Below, one piece after another: positions 6,686 to 7,529 of a stretch of 7,529 nucleotides of DNA. How positions within the stretch are numbered: position 1 is the stretch's first letter; each line of letters starts with the position of its first letter. The notes beneath the pieces were generated by a model. That model searched no databases. It saw only the letters and a program-made list of their open reading frames with translations, and was not told where the DNA came from. The stretch is from Octopus sinensis (Eukaryota): assembly GCF_006345805.1 (NCBI RefSeq), contig NW_021828857.1, forward strand, positions 1-7,529, read 5' to 3'. A program made the position numbers and the translations under genes.

Positions 6686-6778
6686 TATGCAATATATACA
6701 TGTGTATATCTGTACATATACACACATATATATATATAGGCATATAAATATATATAAATATACATATATATATATATC

Positions 6779-6821
<43 letters not shown>

Positions 6822-6968
6822 TATATATAATATACATCTATAATGTATATACATGTGTGTATATATATACACACATTTATATATACATATATAAATATTT
6901 ATATATACATATATATATATATTTATACATACATATACTTGCATACATATCATACACACGTATGTATG

Positions 6969-7016
<48 letters not shown>

Positions 7017-7140
7017 TGTACACGCACACATATATACAAATGCATAAGATTATGTACATGTGTGTGTGTATGTGCGTGTATGTGAATGTGTGTGTGTATG
7101 TGTGTGTATATATGTGTGTGTGTGGTGTGTGTGTGCGCGC
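6686..7140. repeat. Compound (TA)n/(CA)n/(TG)n microsatellite
   Basis: Seen directly. Confidence 0.95.
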
Positions 7141-7300
7141 GTTTAAAACAACGCTGTGTTTGTTACTAGATCCAGTTAGCCCATTGTGAACAATGATGTC
7201 GTATAGTTAAGAGCAAGACATAATAGAAACACAATCTGACATGAAACGAACCGACCCAAACAATTCCTGATTTACTTCGTTGCCATTTCCACACTTTTTA

Positions 7301-7529
7301 CAATCTTCCTTTCATTCTTTCGGTCTTGCATTCCTTCTTTCTTTCTTCCTTTCTTTCATAGTTTCATTCCTTCATTCTTTCCACCCCTTCTTCTTCTTCT
7401 TCTTCTTCTTCTTCTTCTTCTTCTTCTTCTTCTTCTCCTCCACTTCTTCCTCTTCTTTCTTCTTCTTCTTCTTCTTCTTCTTCTTCTTCTTCTCTTCTTC
7501 TTCTTCTTCTTCTTCTCTTCTTCTTCTTT
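7301..7529. repeat. Polypyrimidine tract with (TTC)n from ~7388 to the window end
   Basis: Seen directly. Confidence 0.97.

Overview
This is AT-rich, microsatellite-dense animal genomic DNA. The SINE heads and repeat landscape look like a coleoid cephalopod (Octopus-like), an inference from recall, not a database hit. Most ORF-track calls are microsatellite artefacts. Two probable minus-strand gene pieces were found by reading splice signals: a terminal coding exon (2663-2836) and a likely first coding exon (158-282/305) with promoter-like motifs nearby. Neither protein was identified. There are five tRNA-derived SINE copies from three families. The most notable signal is a set of minimal type I hammerhead-ribozyme folds: a near-intact G3-C8 core variant at 4315-4367 (-), two degenerate C3-type copies at 929-971 (+) and 1404-1448 (-), and a possible half relic at 2977-3020. 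Each sits in a different short AT-rich segment that runs into a microsatellite. This suggests several Penelope-like or retrozyme-like short elements. Minimal hammerheads in Penelope-like elements are a known class; whether these particular families are described needs a search.
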